A stretch of 64,000 nt of DNA. Origin: Phoronis australis. Its lineage: Eukaryota > Animalia > Phoronida. The stretch covers positions 64,861 through 128,860 of the forward strand of contig NMRA01000832.1 of assembly GCA_002633005.1 (NCBI GenBank), read 5' to 3'. Shown here one piece after another: positions 24,801 to 33,800 of the stretch (position 1 is its first letter; every line of letters starts with the position of its first letter). Position numbers and translations under genes: made by a program. The notes under the pieces are model-generated. The model had not been told where the DNA came from. It was given only the letters and a program-made list of their open reading frames with translations, and ran no database searches.

Positions 24801-27800
24801 TTAAGTAAAGCTGATGACAAGGTCTTATTATGTCACATTGAAAGCAATATACTCGAGATCTTGTACAATGTATTAGATGTCCCATTTTCAACTCTACACT
24901 AACAAGTATGCCTATAAACAAGGTGAAATCTCAGACAAAGTGTGATATTTTATTCGGTTAATAGAACCTTTTAAGGCTGGCGTTCTACATGAATTGAAGT
25001 GATTCTAAACTTGAGTTTATTTTTTATCATTTGAGGGGAATTTTTGGAAATGGAGAGGGGAATTTCATGTGATTTTTAAATGTCATTTAGAGAACCTGAT
25101 ATTTGTCCCCAATATCGAGACAACGGTAGGTTGAAATGAAGTCCCATTACAAATTACCTAACAGATGGCACTGTATGTGGATTTAAATTTGTCAGGGGAA
25201 TAACGTTGAGTTATTTTGTATGACATGACAAAAACTTACCATTTTGCCAAGATCATTTAGAATCTTTTCTGTCTTGCCAAAGCCTTTTGAAACGGTGCCA
25301 GTTTCTGTTACGTCATCAACTTCCAGGTCCTCATCATTAATTTTCCTGGAACTGAAATCTGTGCTGTAAGCATCACCACCCCCATCTGTTGGTGACTTCT
25401 GAATCTCTGCAGATTCATCAGATGGCGTCAATGTCTGCTCACTACCACCAGATGGTGTCTCATTTGGGTCGTCTGTGGAGTCCTCAACTTCGGTAGGGTC
25501 AAGGGGTTGTTTATCAGAGACGGACTGCTTGGTGTCAGCTGACAAATCTAGGTCTTTACCACCAGATTCATCAACATCACTCTTTCCATTATCGGTTTCA
25601 ATAACTGAACTATACTTATCAGTCTCGGGGCGATCATCTGTTGGTGGTGTCCGAATCTCAGGAGATTCATCAGAAGATGGTGCTACTGTCTGCTCATTAC
25701 CTCCAGATGGTGAATCCTTCGGGTCATCTGAGGAGTCTTCTAGGTCTGTAGCATCAGGAGGTTGTTTGGACACGTCCTCCTCTTTACCACCTGACTCATC
25801 AACATCATTCTTTCCAGTTATCTCCTGAGATTCATCAGATGACGTTACTTTCTGCTCGCTATCATCAGAACGTGACTCTTTAGGGTTGTCAATGGAGTCT
25901 TCTATTTCTGTAGCGTCTGAAGTTTGCTCATCAGAGATGGACTGTTTTGTGTCAGCTGAAACTGATTCTTCGGATTCTTTACCAACAGATTCATCAACAT
26001 CCCTCTTTCCAACAGTAACTGAATTGTCTCCACCACTCGAGTGCCATGTCTTTAGTTCAACCAAGGTTTCTGTGTCAATGTCATCTTCAGATAACTTCAT
26101 CATACGCTTATCACGAACTGTGCCTTCTAAGACTGGTGTTGCTGCACTCGAAGACATATCCTCACTGTCCGTAGATAGCATTTTTCTACCTAAGTATTCC
26201 TTTCCACGTTCATACAAATCCTGCCCGGGTACAGCGTCACCTCCTGTTCCATTCCTGCTGCTGCTGTCAGATGTAGCAGTAGACGTAAGTGTTGGTTCAG
26301 TTTTGACTAGATCTGCTTCGTTTACTGATGAACCAGCAGCAACGACCTCAGACGGTGGTGTCCTGGCAACATGGGGAGCACCGTAAGGTAACACGCTTGA
26401 AGAAGGTTGGACCAAAGTTGCAGACTTGTTACGGAGACCCTCGTCTAAGACAGATGGAGCAACTGACACAGTTGGAAGAGGTGTGTCTTTTGAATCTGAG
26501 TACTCTGAATCATCAACGATACTTGTTTCAGCAGCAGATGCAACGATGTCAAGCACTTTGTTTGGTTCAATTAGAATCTTGTTATCGGCATCTGTCATAG
26601 TTTCAACAGGTGGTAATTCTGACACTTCTTTAGAAGATCCCTTGTAAAACTCTGTCTCAGAAGACATCAGAAGGTCTTTAACATCTGTTGTCTGATAAAC
26701 TGCTGCACTGGTTGTCACTATATCACTTAAGGATGTGGTTGCTACACCATCAGACTTGCCAGGAACCGCCTCCTCATTTCTAACTCCATGCAAACCCTTT
26801 TCAGTTTCCTCACTGGTAAAGGATGCAGTTTTAGACGTCTCCATAGCAACATCATCAACATAATCTCCTCCTGTCTTTGCATCTGTCTCTGCATGATGAA
26901 CAATGGGTGTCTGCTCAGCCTTCACAGCAGGTTGCCCATCTAGAGGAGGATGATCAGCAGGACTTGGTTCCTTACCAGAAGGAAGATCCAGGTCTCCTTC
27001 ATCAGAACCAGTTTGTGATTCAGATGTTGCTGCATCTTCATGGCTGCTACCATCAAGATCTTTGGATTCATCATCAGATTTATCATCATCACCAACCTCC
27101 GTGGGATCATCTTCATCCTTCTCTTCTTCTTTGCTTGCTCCTTTCAGTTCTTCTGCACTATCAGAAGTATGAGGTGCACTTGCTGAAGGAACACTTTCTT
27201 CAGGAGAAGTCTTGACCTGACTATCAACAATAGGTATGGGTGGTTCTTTAGTTGGTTCATCAGTTGGACTAGGAACAGCTCCTGAAAGTGCTTCATCTTC
27301 TTTAGCAGAAGAAGAAGAAGTTTCTGAAGATGCTCCAGCTTCAATTTCATTGGCAGCAACTTCATCCGAGATTGACTCAACAGGCTGTGCAGATTCCAAA
27401 TCCGGCTGCACGGGAGGCTTTTCTGAAGAGCTCTCGGGCTTGGGCTCTCTGTCAGTGGGTGACGAAATGTGGGCCTTTTCCATGGTACTCGGAGGTGAAC
27501 TCGTTGGGGATTGTGGTGATCCTTGATTTCTCGAAATAAATTCATTCATCTCTGAAAGTAATCAGAAAAATGGGACAATTTGTGTCAATCTGAATAGTTG
27601 GCAGAAGTCCATCTTATAGGCAAATTTAGCTAAAGACGTGGTGGTAGCGTCTGTTTAGAAGTAAGCAGTTCTTGAACTGCATTTCCCACAAACAAATAAT
27701 TTTTAGTACAAGTAGAATATAGGAAGCAATCTCTAAAATGTATTTTATTTGTTTGTGGATTGTTATGAAATTTTCAGGGTAAGACAAGCACACACATTGT

Positions 27801-30800
27801 TTTGTGATACTTTAAAGTTATGACATCATATGACACAGTGAGGCAGAGAAATTCGCCAGATATCTAGTATTTGAAAAGATGTCAGATAAAAACAATATCG
27901 GTGGTCAATGAAGGGTTTTGCTTGAAATACAGACCTCGGTGGCCCTGGTAGATACCTTGTGTCACGACTAATGATCCAAATTCTGATCCCCAATCAGAAT
28001 CGTTTTGAATTTTGTGTCAATTGTAATAGCATGTCTAAGTATTGGAATACTTATTTTAGATACTACTTAATTGTATATACCTCTATGTATATAAGTTTCA
28101 TTTATGAATTGTTTACAACCCAGATATAATGCTTCGCGGTTTCTGGGTTTGTTATTATTTCTTTGTATGTTCTGTGTATCCTTCAATAAATATATATCAC
28201 AGTGAAAAAAAAAATTGAACGTCGACACTAGGACAGTCTAGATTATACTGCATCGATAACAATTTAACAAGTAAACGATTAATAAATATTTCTTCAAAAA
28301 AAATCTACTCAACGTTAAGAATTTGACCTTCATTTGAAGTATGACAAAACTGTTGTCGTGTCATCTGATGTCATCAAACTTAAATCAATAATCTCCATGA
28401 AATTTAGAATTATGTCAAGAATGGGCAAGTATCTAAGCTGCCGATTGGTAGGTTTGGCAGTGAATGGGTTACTTGCTGAAAGGTGCACTTGGGTGTGAAA
28501 CAGTAACAAATGTGTTCTAATAAGTAGTAAACAGACAAACTATAGTGACTTCAACCAAATTTAAAGCAAGGCCTTTACTCATTACCAACACTGGTCATAA
28601 GCTTGGTCACAAATTTTGTTTTAATTATGATAATAATTAAGTCAAAAAGAGCGTAAGCTGATGATTACGACATTTTATTACCCAAAAATACCTCGATTCT
28701 TGGGTAAAATTTAACACGTAGGGTAGTAGCATGACAAACATGGCCACAATGACTTACCAGCTGCACTGTCATCATCATGATCTGGCTCAGCTTGTAACTT
28801 TTCTATTTCTTGCTTGCGTCTCAAAAAAGCTTCACGGCTTTCAGTTTCTAATTGAGCCTAGTAAAAAGTCATAACGAAAATCAGTCAAAATGCATTCTGA
28901 ACTGCTAGTCAAAATGCATTCAGAACTGCAAGAATCGATAGGCAACTTGAGTGTGACACATTTTAGACTACTGTGGGGACTTCGTGAGCAGTATTTTCTA
29001 AAACAAATTAGGGCTCAACAAAAGAATATTGCATTATAATAGGTTATGGCCTTCGAATTAAACAGAAAAAACCAAAACTGCTGTGATTTTGTAAAACAAG
29101 AGCAATGCAGAGCGTTGAAATGCGCCCACAATTGCACCGTATACGGTATACTTCTAGGGTTGTTTATTGGTACTATAAAGTGGCCAGTAGAGGGCATATA
29201 TGTAGTATGTTGTACTTTGCAAAATGGAAAGGCATGGTCATTGTCTCCTCAATAGGCTAGGGGCAAAATGTGAGTGATTTTCATAATACAAGCACATCCT
29301 ATACATCAGTTGCTTAAAGCACCAAAAAAACATAGGACTAAAAACAAATTTACCACCATAAATTTAGATACAGCCATGGGCGCAAAAAAAAACTGCCACT
29401 AGGAGGCGCCACAGTAATCAAAGTCATGGGAAATTCAGCGTCAACCGTCCTCTTCATAGTAAGAATATACATGCCCAATTTTCACAATCATACTTAGAGC
29501 GGTTTGGTTGATAGAGGGGTGGACGCCAAAAAACAGACTAAAAAACAGTAAAAATGGCTACTGCGTGTCGCAAACTAGGTCGAATCCATCCGAAAACGGG
29601 AGGATAGCATCATCGCACTAATAGGTGCCTACATACCAAATTTCATGAAAATCGACTTTTGAAGATACAAAGGTAAACGTAAAAAAATAAAATTGCCACT
29701 AGGGGGCACACTGGTACTCGGATCCGTCCAAAAGTCGTCATCGTCTGTTGTTAACATCATATAAATACACTTATTAAATTTCGTAAAGATCCTGCAAACG
29801 GTTTAGGAGATACAGCCATAGGCGCAAAAAAAACAAAACTGCCACTAGGAGGCGCCACAGTAGTCGAAAACATCGGAAAATCATCGTCAACTGTCCTCTA
29901 CATAGTAAGCATATACATGCCAATTTTCACAATCATCCTTTGAGCGGTTTGGTTGATAGAGGGGTGGATGCACAAAAACAGACTCGAAAACACTAAAAAT
30001 GGCCACTAGGTGGCGCAAACTATGTCGAATCCATCTGAAAACGGGAGGATAGCATCATCTCACTAATAGGTGCCTACATACCAAATTTCATGAAAATCCG
30101 TTCAGGACTTTTGAAGATACAAAGGTAAGCGTAAAAAACTAAAATTGCCACTAGGGGGCATACCGGAAGTCGGATCCCTCCAAAAGTTCGCACATGCCGT
30201 CCCATTCATGAATGGAACATATGTGCCAAATTTCATGAACATATGTCAAAGGGTTTTGGAGATAGAGCAGCGGACACCGGACGGACGGCGCCCGGACGGA
30301 CGGACGGATGGACGGACGGAGATGACGGCATAATGCGTCCACATATAAATATGTGGGCGCATAAAAATGAGTGGTATCAAGAATATGAACCAAAGTTCTT
30401 TGAATCTTTAAGAATGCTGCTAGTGGTTTCTAGTTTATCTTTTCATATTTGTTTTATGTAACATGATTTTTTCATAGGAATCCAAAATTTCTATTAATAG
30501 CACCTGGTGCTAACAAAATTAAAAGAATTACAAACAGCATTTGAGACCATTGCAGAAAACATGCCACCTGAAAGTTTCATTTCAATCCAATAAGTCATTC
30601 CTCAGAAACAATGTTGCTTAGTTTGCTGGCTTCGTTACTTTCCTCAACATGTTACTCATAACTTCAAGCCACAAAAAGACAATATGACTGAGATAACACT
30701 TACGTCATCAGCTTTTTCATCCTTCTCCTGATCTTCACTATCATCATCTGAAGAAAATAATATGTTTGGATCAGAATATATTAACCTTATTTCGGATAGT

Positions 30801-33800
30801 GAAAATCAATGCATGGGACTCCAGGAGATAGATTTGTAAGATTCGAGTCCTCCAACACAGAAACAGGGGAAAAGTGCCAATCAGGCAATCATCTGCGTGG
30901 TAAGCTGGTAATTGATTTTTAATAAATCAACATCCTGTCTGCTACAGGAAGACTTGAAAGCAATTCCTCGTATCTCATAACCTTAGACAGCAAGAATAAC
31001 AGTAAGATCACGGCAAAATAAACAACAAATCTATTAGATAAGGGGGATTGCTTTCAAGTCTACCTGTAGCAAACAGGACTTTGATTCACTAGTTCGAAAG
31101 ACTGCAAGTCAAGCTGGTCAAAAATATTACTTGTCGTTTATTCAATGCTATTTACCTGTGATAAACTGAACTTTTAGCTGCTTAGAACAAAGAGATCTCT
31201 GTAGAAAGGATATCCTACATCCACGTTCGTTGCCAACCAATCACTCATTTACAACATTGCTTCACACGAATATTTGCCCTTCCAAGCCAAGGTCATTGCA
31301 TTCTAACTAACCTGCCACTACAAGCAACTGACTTGGCCAGGCCAAAAGCAAACAATGGCAGTCAATAAAATGAATAAGGAGCAAACTGAAACCAACTGAT
31401 GCAAATCATGAGTCATCCAGTAGTCAAGAATATGGAGAAATTTATGAATCTACTGTGGACCTACTTGAGAATAACTGACAACCTTTCATCAGTCACTGCT
31501 GACTTTATCAAGTCTGTACAACATCTGTAGGTGATTGTCAGGAATGAATCAAACAGGAGAGGGAGGCTCAAATTCAACTTGTCATACAACTGGAAATGAT
31601 GTATTGTCGAAGATTTCCTGCCACTTGACTCAGTCATGACAAGTGCCAATAGATGTCCAAACAATGCCAATAGTTTTCAAGTAAGTCCAAAATAGATTGA
31701 ATTTTCTCAACATAAAGACGAAACTATAAGTGGCCTAAATCAAAAGCTGGTTATTGACAGAAAGCACATATTTTTTAACACTGGCTAATCCAGTAGTTCA
31801 GTGTATCTGAGATTGTCATCCAGAAGCTTGCAAACACATAAATGAAATAGTGACATAGCATTAAAAGCAGTTTTAGCTTGTCTCAGTGAACTAAGCCTTT
31901 CCAAAGCTTCAAGGTTATCAATTTTTTTAAAACAAAGACAGAAATTCTCTGTTCAACAGAACCTGGTTCTGACCAGTATGTTTGATAAACTGGGTATAAC
32001 TCACCATATCCACCCAGGTCAATGCTCAAGGAGAATTAAATCAACATATTGAATTTTGCTGAGAATGCAATAACTCGAATGCAACAGTGGGATTCAAAAG
32101 CAAATTCCATAAATGAAAAAGTAGGGGTTAAATCAAACGTAGACACATGAACATAGAACTCACAAGCAAGAAGCATGCAATAAGCACCAAAGGTTACCCA
32201 TACCAGAAAAACCAAAATCGTCGTCATCATCACCTTCAATATCTTCCTCATCACCATCGTCTTCTTCATCCACCTCAGTTGGGTCATCAGATTCAGTTGG
32301 ATCAGTTCTTTCAGGTAGCGGGGGTTCTTTAGAAGCATGTTCGTCAGAATCTGTTTGCGATGATGCAGGAGGAACAGCGATGGTTTTCGAATCGTCTTCA
32401 ACCACCATCTTTTCATTGCTCTTTTGTTGCTCCTCAGCATCCGTTGGAGTCTCATCATTAGTTTTTGACAACCCGGAACGGTTCTCTTCACTTGGGCTTG
32501 GAGGTTCTCCACCTTCATCACTTTCCGGAATCTTGGTATGACTCGGAGTGGCATCACTTTGGTCATCTTCCACTTGGCTCTCTGTGGGATCTGGAGCTGC
32601 TCGAGAAGGGTTTGGAGGTGCTCCGTCTTTGTCACTCTCCAGAATCTTGGAACGACTCGGAGCAGAATCACTTTGGACAGTAGAGGCTCTATCTTCATCT
32701 TCCTCTGGGCTCCCAGTGGGATCTGGCACTGCTTCAGTTGAATCCGGAGGTGCTCTGTTTCCATCACTTTCTGGACTGTCGGTATGTTCCGGGGCTGTTT
32801 CCCCTTGGTCAGGTGAGGCTACATCTTCATCTTCCTCTGGGCTCTCAGTAGGATCTGGGGCTGCTTCAGTTGGGTCGGGGGGTGCTCTATTTTCAACAAC
32901 TGCATCTCCATCAAACACCTGTTTTTCATCTTCCAACTGAAACAAGGGAAATCCAGAGCATTGATATAAACCCTCTGTGTGCATGGCAAACAGCACAGAC
33001 AGCAAGAATGATAATTATTTTAAACACTGCCACTAAACTGAACACCACCAGTCAACTCAAAATAGCCTCTAGGGGACATAATTCAAGTTAGCTACACCCT
33101 CTTCAACAGGAACACACCTGCCACCTTTCATCATGGCCCTTCAAGCAGTTTGGCAGATAGAGAGACAGATGATGAAGACACAAAAATACCACAAGGGAGA
33201 GCACTATTGGTCAAGTCCATTATTGACAGTTAATTGCCACATTTCACGGACATCAATCAACCAGGAACATGGTAACGACTAAGGAAAACGCAAAGAAAAC
33301 CAAAGATACCCCTAGGAGACCCCTTAGTAGTCAAATTTGTCTTAATGTACAACCGTTACTCTCTCAATAACACCCCTAAGTTCAAGAAGATCCGTCACAG
33401 AACCTTATCTATATTGAGCAACGGCAAAAAATACCACTCATATTGTCAGTCATGCCCTCCTGAGCAAGAACAGTGTTCCAGGCTGAGGCCTCTGCAATTA
33501 TTTGGGATGTTTAACTGGCACGTCAACAAAACAACGAGCTGGGCAATCAGCCTGTTAGCATGTTTAGAGTCTAAACCACTCATAGAAACTAAGAAGACTT
33601 CTACAACTCACCTTTATCGGGACAGTGTGTTTCAATTTATGGTGACGCACTTTAAATTCCTTGACGTAAGTTTTCGATATTATGCCAAACTTTTCACCTA
33701 TCTGAAAACAGACAATGAACCACATACATAGTAGAATTGAAGAACAAATGACTTTCTCATATGGTCTCAATGGTGAAAATGTTTGCCAACAGTAAGAAAG

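Noticed and set aside
25475-27545. Several antisense and alternative-frame ORFs over TANGO1 exon 7 (similar ones over exon 4)
   Set aside because: Expected by-products of low-complexity coding sequence; no independent gene signals
32005-32024. Microexon-like segment with a perfect ATG|GTGAGT donor
   Set aside because: Only a GAG acceptor, giving 20 nt and a frameshift; exons 4 and 5 join in frame without it. A one-base error could make it a 21-nt exon (GIDLGGY), but this cannot be supported without reads
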